42,230 nt of DNA from Nemertoderma westbladi (Eukaryota; Animalia; Xenacoelomorpha). A program made the translations under genes and the position numbers. Where the stretch lies: the NCBI GenBank assembly GCA_032718475.1, contig JAUCBJ010006151.1, positions 1-42,230 of the forward strand, written 5' to 3'. Position 1 is the first letter of the stretch, and every line of letters starts with the position of its first letter. Under the pieces are notes generated by a model. The model was not told where the DNA came from, made no database searches, and saw only the letters and a list, made by a program, of their open reading frames with translations. Shown piece by piece: positions 12,660-25,519 of the stretch.

Positions 12660-13094
12660 ACTGATATGTTAAACTGGGCCAGCAGAATTTATAGCCAAAC
12701 ATCAATACAGTGTTGTTTGCATGAAGAGCGGGTTGACAGCTGTCCATTATTCTTAAGAAATTAATAATATTTACGTTCAGCTAATATATACTCCATAATA
12801 AAGTATTAAATGCCCATCAAAAATCATAAATCACTATTAAACGAATTAAACTATGATAGTTTCGTTAATTCTTTCGGAATTTGGAGGAAAAGACAGATGT
12901 CAGATGTGTCTCTAACCAAATCGCATTGCTTACAGTTTAATTTCGACTTACATACTTATAATCAAACAAACCGGACAATCCGGACAACATTTCGGGTAAA
13001 CGGAGCAGTAGTTAGTGTAAGGCTAACTGCCGCAGCCATCATATCAAATCATAACTCAACCAATAAATCATGGGGTAATAAACATATTATACTT

Positions 13095-13330
13095 TATAGC
13101 CCCAATCCCAATCAACACAAGTGTTGATGGGGATTGGGGAGAAACACTTTCTATGTATTTGATTTTTTTTGAGATAATTGAGCGCGAATGAAAAAAAAAC
13201 ACGTTTACGAACTTTGATCCTTGACCTTTGACCCTTAAAATTGTATTAAAAAAAACTCAGGGTATCACTTCTAATGGGCGGGAGATCTGTCCGCATGCCA
13301 AATTTCAGCCGATGAGGTCCACCCCTTATA
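13095..13330. mobile_element. Helentron/HINE-type non-autonomous element fragment with terminal hairpin
   Basis: Near-perfect 19-bp hairpin CCCCAATCCCAATCAACAC-AA-GTGTTGATGGGGATTGGGG at 13100-13139. It is followed by TTGACCTTTGACC and GCCAAATTTCAG motifs, which are common in invertebrate HINE/DINE-like elements. Confidence 0.5.
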
Positions 13331-13338
13331 TGTTACAG

Positions 13339-13810
13339 ATGAGAGGAATGAACGCAAGGAGAAGGAAAAGAGGATTAGTAACTCTTGGGGAAATGCTGCA
13401 AGATGCTAAAAGAGAGATGAAGGATCTTTCTCAGGAGTTCCAAAAAGAAAGAGACACACATTTAAGTACAATTCGCGAACTTGGATGCCAAATGGAATTT
13501 TACGAAAAAATGGTGTCTAAGATGCAGAGCGAGCTATTTTGTAAAAGATTCAACTTGCAACTATGCCCACACGAATATAGTAAAGGAAAGTTCAAAATAT
13601 GAAAAATCGAGTCAAGGTGGGGATGATGAGTGGCAGTTGCCGGAAGTTTGCTACAATAAATTAATGATGTTTAAATCCGCACCGCATTCCCACAACGTCG
13701 ATACCAAGGCATATTTTAAACCTCCTGCGGTTGATCGGCAAAGAGAATTGCTTAAGCAAAATGACAACTTACATCAAAAATCTCTCATCAAAGAAGATTA
13801 CAAGCGGTAA
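13339..13810 (+). pseudogene. Kinesin-2 (KIF17/OSM-3-like) distal stalk/tail fragment with a frameshift
   Basis: After the acceptor ttacag: LQDAKREMKDLSQEFQKERDTHLSTIR, then a +1 shift near 13538, then STCNYAHTNIVKESSKYE...EWQLPEV...YFKP...ELL. This resembles the KIF17 tail (EIKDLQSEF..EKIDYLATIR...CNYSNL..I..ES.WDE...W.IP). No motor domain was found in the window. Confidence 0.7.
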
Positions 13811-14337
13811 ACCTCAAACGTATCCTGCAACCGGACTCCGTCTAAGTTGAATCCGATGCCGCTAAAATAGTCCCAATTTGGTGAAGAAGCTGAAACCCAA
13901 GTCAACGTAATAAATTATAATATTGAACTTGTGTTTTTTATAGTTTAATACGCAATCCTAATATTGCATATTACGTTAGTTGCACTTTGCAGCAATTATA
14001 ATAATAATATATGATAGTTTGAACTCCGCCAATTTTCCTATAAGTAGAAATGTGTACACGTCCTGGGCTGGCAGTCTCTGGGACTGCCAACATGATTATT
14101 TGTTTTTCTATTTTCCAAGGGGCGCGAATCCAACAAGTTGTAACCTTTGTGGTGCAGCTGTTGAGTTGCCTTTATGGTTTTGTCGGAATAACGTAGCACA
14201 TTATCCAGATCCCCACCACACACCCTTGTCTCACCCTCGCGAGGGATACCTTTTTATTATATTTTCACAAAAATGAAGAAAAGCTATTTCTATAAGGATG
14301 AATGAATACAATGCATACTTACATACTTACATACGTA

Positions 14338-15193
14338 CAGGCTGGTTATTATGGACGGATCCATTGTTATCAATTGTTGTAATAATTTACGCGCCTATGC
14401 AGGGCAGCCTAAGAACGAAAAACGAAAACGAAATATTGGTCAAAGTACCGCATATATATATACAATATATGTATATGTTCCATATATGTGAGACGGGGGG
14501 GGGGGGGAAACTCGCCGCAAAACCCGCCTTGGCGAATTAATATCCCGCCTCAATGTTAAATTCTCAATTTAGGGAAAGGAGCAGGTTACAGTGGCACGTT
14601 ATTTTAACCAAAACAATAAACTAAACACAATAGAACAGGATACAGAATTATTTTTGAGAATTATCAGCTGTTATTTGCGTCGAATTTCCCCTGGAGAGGG
14701 ATGAATTTTTATTGCGTCCAGATCCTCCCCCCCCCCCTATCTGATATATGTATACAATATACACAAAAAATAGTATATTGTATGTTAAATAAAACTTTGT
14801 AAGAAATGTATCTTCTCCTACAATTCTGAACGAAATAAAGCGAAATTTTGCAAAGAGCATTGTAGATTTTGCAGAAAGCATGTCCAATATAAATGCTCCG
14901 ACAGAATGTGTCGACAGAATTTTGTTTGAGTGAATTCTACGATTATGATCGGTCATTCTGGAATTAATTTCATTGTTGCTAGGCAACCAACAGGTCCCAC
15001 GCAACCAAAACCTTGCATACACAACTAGGTCCGATAATGAACCTATCGTCAAAGTTTCCAATTCCATCAACATTAAGTGCAAGAAGTTGTGTGTACAATA
15101 CAAACAAACAAACAAACACGCGTGAGAAATAAGGACATCCAATTATTGGATCCATCCAACATCCAATTCTTGGATCCGTCCAATATCATCCTG
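14338..15193. mobile_element. Degenerate TIR element (MITE-like) with CAGG...CCTG termini
   Basis: CAGGCTGGTTATTATGGACGGATCCA at 14338 is an imperfect inverted copy of TGGATCCGTCCAATATCATCCTG ending at 15193. TA is present on the left only. An inner G-run/C-run inverted segment (about 14470-14762) shares the core AAAGGAGCAGGTTACAG...AACCAAAACAATAAAC with 28283-28330. Confidence 0.5.
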
Positions 15194-15549
15194 AGACTTC
15201 ACTCAATTACTAACTATTCTTATTGATTATTTGCTGTAACTCGCTCACATTACTCATCAGTGCAGAGCAGTCGAGCTGGCGTTTACTTTTATTACAATCA
15301 TAATTAAAATGAGATGATGTTACGTGATAACAAATGTATACAGAACTACTTGTGTTGAACCAATACCGCAGTTAGAGTACACAATTGTACCATGTCTAAA
15401 TTAAATATTCAACTTATAGGACTGCTACCAAACAAACTCACTCAGTTATATTCTCGGTGTAATGATATTTATTATTTCTGTATATGAAATATACACCTGT
15501 AATAGTCTGTCATATTTCAATGGCTTGCCAAATGAATGGCGACCACTAC

Positions 15550-15709
15550 CTGAGATTTCGGCGTTCGAAAGTTGCACGGTGGTTTTGCACCTTTTCTGCC
15601 CGTGGGCGAGGCCTTTCCATTTAATAAATACACCATATTGATATTCTGGAATACTCTGTTTATATAAATTAATAGCAACGTAATACGTCATTATAATTAC
15701 CTAGGTATT
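15550..15709. mobile_element. Left part of an old foldback MITE (same family as 25907-27493); its remainder lies at 18652-18707 and 25828-25887
   Basis: TGAGATT.GGCGTTCGAAAGTT...GGTTTTGCACCT...AAATACACCATATT matches 26240-26322. The displaced pieces match the opposite arm (GCAGGT.CAAAACCAT and CAGATTGTGTTACATATTTG). Confidence 0.7.
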
Positions 15710-18633
15710 ACCAAATGACAAACGACGAACGGGAGAAGTTCGGTTTAAAACGCCGGACTCCTTCAAATCGGGCCGTTGCAAGAACAATCTGCTTGACATA
15801 GTATCGACATCGCCCTATGGAACGTCGAAGGAATACACTATATTATATGCAATAACCTTCCAGATAGTGAAATATATCATAACTCCGACGTACTCCTACT
15901 GACAGAGACTATGCACACCAGTTCAACTTTCAACTCCTCCGCTTACTACTCCTTCATCCAACCAGCCATAAAACCCACCCGAGGGCGCCCTATGGGGGGC
16001 CTAATGATACTTTGTAAACCTGAGATTAACCCAAAGGAAATCGCTAGAACCGAGGATTACATTGTTGTTGGTTCTGATGCTGCCAACTACATTGTGCTAT
16101 ACTTTAAACCCGACACTCCCATCGCTGACATACTCCTCACAATATGTGACTCACTAACTCCCATAAACCCCAACCTAACTACTATTGTAGGAGGAGACTT
16201 CAACGCAAGGTTAGACTTCGGCAACCGAGGGCGCGATCTGACAAATCACCTACAATCCCTAGGATTTATGTGCGTAAACTCTGCCACCACCCCAACGTAT
16301 ATTTCCCCCCAAGGGTCCAGTGTTATAGATCTGCTATACGTCAAATTTATTAACAACGCACCACCTCAGATCCCTACGCCTACGGTGTTTAGCCACCCGA
16401 TTCGCAAACATCAACGTATATCTTTGCGCATAGACCTCCCATCCCCAGTGGGTACGCAGGGCCAGGGACCTACAAACCCGACGCGTCTCAGCAGGAAACT
16501 TAACCTTCATAAACTCCAGAGCCTCGTAAATCCAGCCGTACTAAAGGAAAAACTCGAAACCGATGTAGACTGCGCTACTACGTTCATAACTGATATTATT
16601 GCGCAATCTACGAAGTCGAATATTTGTCGGAGGAAATCCGGCAAACCCTGGTTCGACTCAGACTGTGTCAATCTAAAACATACTGTAATGGATGCGATGT
16701 CCCGAATCGACTCCTCGGAAACTGCCAAAGACCACTACTGGTTGCTGAGGAAGCAATGCAAACAACTCATGAAGATCAAGCGGCAAAACTATGAAGAAGA
16801 ACTCATTCTTAGCCGTCTCAATGACGCCGAACTTAAACCTTGGCGATTGTTCGACGGACATACATCCAATATAGCCCCCATTGATGCGGTCCGCCTCGAA
16901 ACCCATTTCCAATCCGGAAAGCTTGCGGCCCGGATAAATTGTACAATGAACACCTGAGACAGTGCCTACCAACTCTACTCTGCTATATCACAGTGCTGTT
17001 CAATCTTATTCTCAATATCGGCAGACTGCCAACCACATGGAAACAAAGCATAATAAAGATTCTTTACAAGGGAAGGGGAATGATTACCAACCCAGACAAC
17101 TACCGAGGAATAGCCTTGTTTTGTGTCTTACTAAAAGTTATGACTTCAATCATTAACAAACGTATCCGTTCAGCGATATCACATCAAATCCCCAACGAAC
17201 AATTTGGATTCGTTGCAGGTAAATCAACAACCCAAGCGATAAACAACCTCCTGAATGATATATCATCTGTTATAAACTCGAACACCAGCAACCGTATTGT
17301 CTATGCCGCATTTATAGATTTTCGCAAGGCGTTCGACATGGTTAGCCGTGCAAAATTATTATTCAAGTTATATAAGATGGGTATCAAAGGGAGAATATAT
17401 AATATAATTAAGGACCTACTAGATAATTATTTAACCATATTCGACGGCCTTAGATTCTCCAACTTAATCCACCAACTCCGTGGAATTCTACAGGGAGATT
17501 GTTTGTCACCGGTGACATTTATCATCTTCATCGCGGACTTGGCCCTTGCTCTGCGTTCTGCATCGGCATGCCTGATGTTCCTCTTCTTTGCAGACGATCT
17601 GGTGTTTTACTCCACCAATCGGGATGACGTCCAACTAGGTTTAGATGCCCTCCATAGGTGGTCCATTGAAAACGGAATGGATGTCAATTTGACCAAAACC
17701 AAGATTATGAAATTCAGGAAAGCAGGTCGGCTATCAGCATTAGATAGGTTCCAATACAATGGTAAACTTGTTGAAATATCAAAGCAATACGAATATTTGG
17801 GCGTTATCTTACAACCATCACTCTGTTTTTCCAATCATATAAAAGAAAAGAAAGAAACATCATATAAGATTATAGGCTCGATACATAATTTGCAACGGCT
17901 CTCAATAAAAACTGGTATTATGGTATTTAACATGAAAATCGCTCCGTCCGTAACCTACGCTCTAGCCGCATTCGGTAAATTTCTAAGAGTTACTCATCTC
18001 AAGGAACTCGACAAAATCAAAGCAACACATATGAAACGTTTACTCGGATTACACTCTTCTGCTTCATCCACCTTGGCCCTCAAAATGGTTGGTGACGGTG
18101 AGCAAACTTTCGTGGAATCGATTCTCCGTAAAACTCCAACCGTATTCGATCCCATAGTCATCGCCCAATACCGCGAACACCGGGCAGAACGGGAAGAAAA
18201 CTTCCGTAGCGAAGGCTATCTGGAAGGACCGGCCTTCACAGGGTCCACCTGGAAACTTCCAGGACAACGGAACCGCCACGTGGTTACGCGTACCACATCG
18301 CATGGTTTTCACCACGTGATCTGTCTTAATACGCAGCGTTTCCATCCCCTCGCAATAGGCTGTCGCTGCAAATATTGTAGTGGCCCGTGCGACCACCGCT
18401 ACCATGCACTTAACTGTACACACTGCCCAACTTTGGCCGAGCTGGCAGCAATGTGACAACCACCACTCCCCCCCCCCCCACCCCCCCCCCCCCACCCCAC
18501 CCCACATAACTTATATTAAGCCAATATATATATTTTAAACCTCCTCTTTTATTGTGTTCTGATTTTGTTGAATGTTTATAATTAATTAATTATTCGTTTC
18601 CCTTTGCCCCGAGTGGGGCGCATATTATATATA
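15710..18633 (+). mobile_element. 5'-truncated non-LTR retrotransposon (APE endonuclease + RT, RTEX-like)
   Basis: 18-bp TSD TATAATTACCTAGGTATT at 15692-15709 and 18634-18651. The 3' UTR has a poly-C tract, the stem-loop GCCCC-GAGT-GGGGC and a (TA)n tail. Confidence 0.92.
15797..18456 (+). pseudogene. LINE ORF2 (APE endonuclease, reverse transcriptase, C-terminal Cys/His finger), frameshifted near 16915
   Basis: Endonuclease motifs LWNVEG, LLLTET, GGDFNAR, SVIDL and KHQ; KPWFD; a frame switch to RKACGPDKLYNE; RT motifs NYRGIAL, QFGF, FIDFRKAFD, GILQGDCLSP, FADD and YLG; C-terminal CKYC...H...C. Confidence 0.92.
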
Positions 18634-18755
18634 TATAATTACCTAGGTATTGCCTTGTTACAGTTATTATAGTATGTTAGCCTTGCGCAGGTACAAAACC
18701 ATCATTCTAAATGAATTGTTGTGGGGTGAGTGACGGTTAATTAAATATACTACTA

Positions 18756-21700
18756 CTAGGTCGAGCGAACTCGGACAGTGGAAATGAGATCCTTCCAGGC
18801 TTCCCGATTCTCCATAGTAGTCGCAATTTCGCTTCTCCCAAGTTCAGTATCCCTTTCAAGTTGATCTATATATGTTATGGCAGGTCGTCCACGACTACGC
18901 TTTCCATGAGTTAGTTGCCAGAGAAGTAGATCTGGTATGACCTCGTCTTTACTTCGCCAGCAGTGCCCACTGAATCTTAATCTGCGTTCATGGAGGGTGG
19001 TTGATACAGGTGGTATTGTACCATAAAGCTCGGCGTTTGTCATGTGTTGTCTCCAGCTGATGTTTAGGGCTGCCCTTAGTAGTCTTGTGTAGCAACCATC
19101 AATTCGTTGTTCAAGTGATTTAGTCAGTGTCCAGGTCTCACCCCCGTAAAAAAATACAATTTCCACTGTGGCTCGAAAGAACTTAGTCTTCAGGTGCCTG
19201 GAGAGATCTGATTTCCAGATGGTATCCATTTTTGATAGAGCTACCCAAGCCTTTGCTTTCCTAACTTCTATGTCCTTTTTGCTACTCTCTATCCATGATC
19301 CAAGGTACTGGAAGTCATCGACCTTCCTTACTTGATTATTATAAATGGTTGTCAAGTTTCCATCAACATTAAAGGTCATGAATTCGGTCTTGGTAGCATT
19401 TATATGCAATCCAACCTCCTTAGCAGCCCTCTCCACTTTATTTAGTAGAAGCTGTGCATCTGCTAGCGTATTAGAGAGCAGGGCGATGTCATCCGCAAAG
19501 TCGGTGTCTGTGACTGTAGTTGCCGGATATCTACTACTTCTGCGTTCTTGAAGTGTGAATCCCAGATCTTCACCCTTTGTGGCCGTCCTCATTGCGTAAT
19601 CCAGCACAATTACAAATACTAATGGTGCTAATGTGTCACCTTGCAGTACGCCAGCCAGGATTGAGAAAAACTCAGTTTCACCATCTGGTGAGAGTACCTG
19701 CGCTTCTGTGTCACAATATAACAATCCAATGCCAGCAACAATTACTTCTGGTATTCCATAAGCTCTTAGGATTTCAAGCATTTTACCTCTATGGATGGAG
19801 TCGAATGCCTTCTTGAAGTCCACAAAAGTCATGACTGCGGGGAGATTCTTTGACTTAATTCCTTCAATCAATCTCCGTAGTGCAAGTATCTGAGCTATTG
19901 TTGATCTACTTGGTCGAAATCCGTTTTGGCTCTTACGCAGTAGTTTCTCTATGTGAGGCCTAATCCTATATAGAATCATTTTATTGTATATTTTGGCAGC
20001 TACCACAAGCAGACAGATCCCACGATAGTTTGTTGGTATGCCGAGGTCTCCTTTCTTGGGGAGAGGCTTTAGTTGACCTTTAGTCTAAATTGGTGGTGGC
20101 TTTTCCCCTTTTAACATCCGGTTGCAAACATTCAATAATGGTCTGTTCAGCACTCCGGTTTTCCATACCTCCGCTGGGATTTCATCTAATCCACTCGTTT
20201 TATTATTGGATATGCTTTTAATGCTTCTTTGGAGTTCGGCAGGTGTGAAGTCCCCTGTTTCTATAGGTAGTGTCTTGTCATATATTTTCCTTGTAGGGCT
20301 GACCTCGATGTTTGGTGGCTGCCCAAGCAAGTTGCTGAAGTGATTTTTCCACTTCCCAACACGTTCTTCAGGACTATCAGCTTTGAGGCACCCCTTTGCA
20401 CAACTTTTCCGACCAGATACCTCATTTACAGTTTGCCAGGTAAGTCTTGATTGTTGCTGTATGTGAGCAGTTGTAATTGCTTCAGTTTTATCCTGTATGT
20501 ACTTTTCCTGGCTGATGTTGTAGGCCAATTTAAGATCGTCCTTAGCTTTCTCAACCTTGTTAATGTTTTCGGTTGTTGGTTGTTCGGTTTTAACTTTGTA
20601 GGCTATCTTAAGATCTTCTCTCTTACAAGTAACCTCAGAGTTTTGCCATGGCACATACTGTTTTCGTTTAGGTTTCTGGGGGATATGCCTCTTAGCTGAT
20701 TCCTTGTGGGCTGTTATTATATTCTGGTATATTGAATCGGTGGATTGGTCTTCATCCATTGACTGAAGTGCTTCAAAGCGGTTTTGAACTTCTTCTGTAT
20801 AAGCATCCTTTACAGCATTGTCAGTTCTGAGTTTCTCCCAGTCATAGTTGATTTGCTTGCTTGTCCTGGGTTTGCTGGCTCTCAAACTGAGTCTAATCTC
20901 TGCAGTCACAATTCTGTGGTCCGAACCAATTACGTTGAACGAGCTGTATGCCTCGCAGTTGATCATGCTATTTCTCCACTTTTTGTTTATAAGGATGTAA
21001 TCCAGTTGTGCTTTGGTTCCATTAGGGTATTGAAAGGTCCTTACCTTCCCCTTACTCTTTTCGAATGTGTTGTTTGTTGGTATCAATTCACATTCTTCCA
21101 TTAGGTCTAAAAGTAAGTACCCATTTCTGTTAGAACTGGTGTTATACTGTAGGTGTAACCCTTGATGTCTTCTGGGCCAATTTGCGCATTCAGGTCACCA
21201 GCAATGACTTTAACATTGTGTTTCGGGATGTCCTTAATCAGTCCAGTCAGTTCTTCATAAAACTTGACTGCTTGTTCTGGCTCTGATGCATTGGTTGGAC
21301 TGTAGCAACATATAACTGTTGTCTTGGGATTCCCATCAAATGTTGCGATCATAACCCTGGAATTTATAGATTCGATGTTGTTTAGGGTCTTAAGTGTAAA
21401 TGGGCTTAGCAGAATTCCTACTCCACCAATTGATGCATTGGCCGAGTTTCTTACTGCTGAGCTTGTTACTAACGTCCATCCATTTCCAATGTCATTGTAC
21501 TTCATGGCAGTGTATTCATGACAAATCCGATGTTCTTGGATGCAGATGATGTCGATGTTATATTCCATTGCCAGAGCGACCATATCGCCCTGTTTGCTCT
21601 GTGCTTTCAGCGTGCGTGCGTTCATTGTAGCAATCTTTAGTGTCTTTTTACATTTCAACAGGTTGGTTCTTCTTTCTTCTCTGTCTTCTGTTCCAGTAGC

Positions 21701-21769
21701 CAATTTATCGACCCCAGCCTGGTGTACCACACCGAGCCGGTATTTCTCCTGGAGGGTTCTCATACTCAT
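18756..21769 (-). pseudogene. RTE single ORF (APE endonuclease + RT) with one frameshift (~21148) and one premature TAG (20085-20087)
   Basis: Motifs ATMNARTL, IQEHR, CYSPT, GDLNAQ, SNRNG (shifted frame), QLDYIL and SDHR; then PPI*TKG..PKKGDL..NYRGI; QNGFR, FVDFKKAFDS, GVLQGDTLAP, DFADD, YLGS and RRLRFSGH. Confidence 0.93.
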
Positions 21770-22251
21770 ATCTTTCAGTTGCGGGAGAAAACCGCTTGTG
21801 GTCGCAACTCCTACAAGCGTCTTCGCAGTAGGTCGCCGTTGGTTGATTACCTTCCGCCGACCTTGTCAGCATGTCTAGCCGTTGGTTGATTACCTTCCGC
21901 CTATCCATGGCCTACAGCCCTGCTGCCGACTGTAGGGGTCCATTTGTTACACCCTGAACCAAGTGTGCCTCCTGGGTTAGGTTACCTAACACTGGTAGAG
22001 GAGCATCCAGTATAGACAGGGCGGGGCTTGTATCATCTCTAAAGCAGATGCATATCAAGCCTTTGCCTTCAATGGTGCCCTAGGCGCTATAGCCCTCAAT
22101 GACTTATTTAGTTGACGGGGCTGAACCAACCCACTCTTGATCAACTAAATAATGAATAGGCTATGCTTATCGGGCCTGCCCTACTGGGCTGACAGCTACA
22201 GGTAGTACCACATTACTGCCATAGTGGTAGCAGGATCTGGGTACCTGACCT

Positions 22252-22381
22252 TGACGTATATGAGTAGGGGGGGTTTGGTGAACTTAGTATGACGTATATT
22301 AATGGTGTTGATATAAGTAAGGAAATAGAACAAACCAAGCATTAGGCCTAGGTGTACTGTAAATAGCAGACGTACTACACA
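22252..22381 (-). repeat. 3' LTR (130 bp)
   Basis: Matches 25587-25715 with 2 substitutions and 1 indel in the G-run. Confidence 0.95.
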
Positions 22382-22383
22382 TA

Positions 22384-22393
22384 CTTCTTTCCT
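22384..22393 (-). promoter_or_regulatory. Polypurine tract
   Basis: Minus-strand AGGAAAGAAG lies 2 nt upstream of the 3' LTR. Confidence 0.85.
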
Positions 22394-22563
22394 GCATTGT
22401 TTTTGGTTGCCTAGCAACGATACACTATGTTGCTGAGTTACAGTGCTAGGATACCAATACAGCTAAACTTGATTGCTTTTACAGCACTAGAGCAAGAATA
22501 TAGTATTTATATTGTAGATATAATTCAATGGGTCTCCCTGTCTCCCGATTGTGTATTTCACAA

Positions 22564-25519
22564 CTATAGCGGGTCTGTGAATCCATAGCGCTGGGGGGGT
22601 CGGATATTGCGCCCAGAACGTGTACGTGATTGAGTCCGTTGGTCCGCGCGTTGTGGTGGGGTCGGTGAGGCGATGTCGGCCCAGGTCGGGGGTGTCACTG
22701 GCCGAGGGGCCTCGGGCTCTGGGGCAGCGGGCGGAGCGATTTGCGGGATAACCGGGGGAGGGCTGGGTAGGATCAGGGTGGGCTCGGCCATTCCGGACCA
22801 GTTCGCCTCGTGTTTGGCGAGTGTTCGGGAGCCGCACTGGATGGTGAGCCATCGGTTTGGGGCCGGGTCCCACTGCCGGAGGAGGAAGCCGAGGCCGTGG
22901 AGGCGCGAGGCGTCAGTCAGTAGTTCAGTCCGCCTGTCGGGGTGGAAACCTGAGAGGTATAGTGGACTCGACAGCGCGGTCCGGGTTGCCTCAAACGCGT
23001 TCTGGTGCTGTGGAAGCCAAACCCAGGCGGCCCTGTCCGCGTTGAGACTGCGGAGGGGGTCGACGAGTTGGGAGATCTCGGGAGTCGAGTTTCCCAACAG
23101 TTGGGCGTGGCCCAGGAAGGAACGGAGTTCGCGGCGGTTAGTTGGGGCCGGGAAGTGGCGGAGGTCGTCGGTGAGGGCCGGATCGATCCGGTAGTGCCCG
23201 TGACTGACGAGGTAGCCCCCGAACCGGACCTCGGGGAGGCAGTACTGGACTTTGTCGGTGTTCAGCGATACGTTGGCGATGTCGCAGGCTGCGAGGACGC
23301 GGGCGACGGCCTCCGGGTGTTCCTCGGCCATGTCAGTGTGGATGATGACATCCTCCACTATCCGCCCGATGTTGGGGACTCCGTTGAGAGCGCGCGCCAT
23401 CCTCGCGTTAAACACATCGGAGCCACCCCATGGGCATCCGCCGGTAGCGGAAGCGGCCGCGTGGGGTTGTGAAGGTGGTGAGACGGCGGCTAGCGAGGTC
23501 GAGGCCCACCTGGTGAAACCCCTTAAGACCGTCGAGAACGGTGAAGTAGCGGGCCGAGGTGGGAATTCTCGAGACGACGTGGAACGGAGAGGGGGAGAAG
23601 TAGTTGGGGCGAACTGTGGCTTTATTAAGTTCGCATAAATCAAACGTTATGCGGACTTTGTTGGGGTCGCTTTTCTTCCGCGTAACGACCATCGGGCTGA
23701 GCCACTCGCCCGGGTTGTTCTCGTCCCCGGCGGGCTCCAAGATTCCCATGGCGATCTGGTCGTCGAGTTCCCGGTTGAACGCGGCCTCCAGGTTGACAGG
23801 GATGGAGCGGTTCGTATAGGACAGGTTGGGCTGGGTGCCGGGGGTGCGGTTGATGGTGAGTTCCCCTCCCGCCCCTTCCGCCGCCCCTCCTGACAGTGGG
23901 CGGGGGAAACGGCGGTGTAGGGCTTCCCAGTCAGAGTGGGCGGATGCTACTGGGGGTGCCGGAGCGCCCGGTGGGGGTGACGGTGTGTTGGCGTTGGGTT
24001 TGGGTGGCCCAACCGGGACTGGTGGCTGGGCATCGGTGGGTGGCGGCGGCGTGATTGGCTTGGTTTGTTCTATAACCATGTGGTTCGTAATTGCCGCCAA
24101 GTTGCCACCGCGGAGTATCGGACTCCGCAGTACTCCCAGGGTGAAACACACCCTTCGGGAGAGGAGGGGCTGTTGCAAACCGTCGAGCACCCATAGGTCG
24201 GTGGTGCACACAGTTCCGAGGGCGGTGCACTGGAGGGTGGCGTTAAATATCCCTTTAAAGGTCCACCCGAGGCGGCTCCCATTGGCAAGGCGGGGTGCCA
24301 GCGGGGTCTCGGAGTCCTTGTGGCTCGTCATCGGTTGGCCGTCGGGGTGGCGGAGGTTCTCGTGGCGGCCTCCGAACGCCCTGTAGATCCGCCAAGGGAT
24401 GGTGGTCACGTTGGCTCTGGAGTCCAGGAGGAACTGCAGCTCCGGGATACCGCGGGTCGGGTCCTTGGTGACCTGGAAGCCGATGGTCACGGTTTCGAGG
24501 GACTCGAGTCTCTCCGTGGCCGAGACGTCCGGGATGGAGTCCAGGTCGAGTCCGTCCAGGATCGTGGACCAGACCTGGGCGTTGTGGGAGGACTCGTGGT
24601 CGTCCCGTCCGTTGTCGGGTTCCTGGGTGGTGTAGTTAGTCCGTGGGTTCGGCGTTGGGCGGCTGCGGCACATTCGGTCGTAGTGGCCGACTTGGTTGCA
24701 GTGGCGGCAACGGGCCGTAGCGCCCGGACAACGTTTGCCGGCATGGTGTGGGGGGTAACCGCACTGAGGGCACTTGGAGGATGACTTCGGTTGTCGCTCC
24801 TCGTGGACCGGGCCCTGTTGGTAGCGCCGGGGTGTGGCTGTAACGCGGGTGACGGCGGCGGCGGGGTTCGAGGGCAGGGCGAGCGATGCGGCGTCCTTGC
24901 GCGCTGCCCAGACGGCTTGGGTGAGCCACAGTGCGTCGCCGAGGGAACAGTCGTTGGGGAGACGGAGGAGTTGCTCTGTAACTTCTTTGTCGCCGAATCC
25001 CGCAGTGAACTGGTCCAGGAGGCGGTCCTCTTGGTGGGCCTCCTTAGTGGCGAGCGCGGCGAAGTCGCACTTGGCGGCCAGGTCCCGGAGGGCGACGAGG
25101 AAGGACTCCGGACTCTCCTCGGGGAGGCGGTGACGTCGGGCCAACTGCTGCCGGTAAACCCGTCGGTTGGTCCCGCCGTCGATGTGCCGCCCCAACTGAT
25201 CGATGACGTCCTCCGAGTTCGCGTTTTGTTCGGTAGTAAGGGCGAGCCCCTTTACTACCGCGTTAGTGGCGCGAGAGAACGCCATAGTGAGCGCGGCGCG
25301 ACGTAGACAGAGGGTGGATCGACGTAGGTCGTTGGTGACGGCAGCATCTGGGGGATTCGCCGGGTCGGAGGTGAACAGGTTGAGGAGTCCCGATCTGGCG
25401 AGGAAGGTGTCCCATTCATCCTTCCAGAGGTCCCACGTTGCCTTCTCCGACTCGATGTCGAAGGCGGGCGGGGAACTTCACAGGATGAAGGTGTGGGGGT
25501 TGCGTGGATCTGTCGCCAT
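22564..25519 (-). pseudogene. gag-pol: Gag with two zinc knuckles, aspartic protease, RT, partial RNase H and an integrase C-terminal tail
   Basis: ATG at 25519 (MATDPRNP) and a premature TGA at 25478-25480. Knuckles CPQCGYPPH.....C and CRHCNQVGHYDRMC; protease LLDSRA; RT WLSP.V, LDGLKGFHQ and RMPMG, with a frameshift near 23425; IVED; RNase H LTDAS. After about 22782 the frame jumps to a Pro-rich tail ending TRSGRNIRPPQRYG. Confidence 0.92.

Noticed and set aside
22015-22045. Twister-like ACAAGCCC motif on the minus strand of the RTE 5' UTR
   Set aside because: It lacks the preceding GGT/P4 stem and matching pseudoknot partners, and instead pairs in a simple local hairpin.
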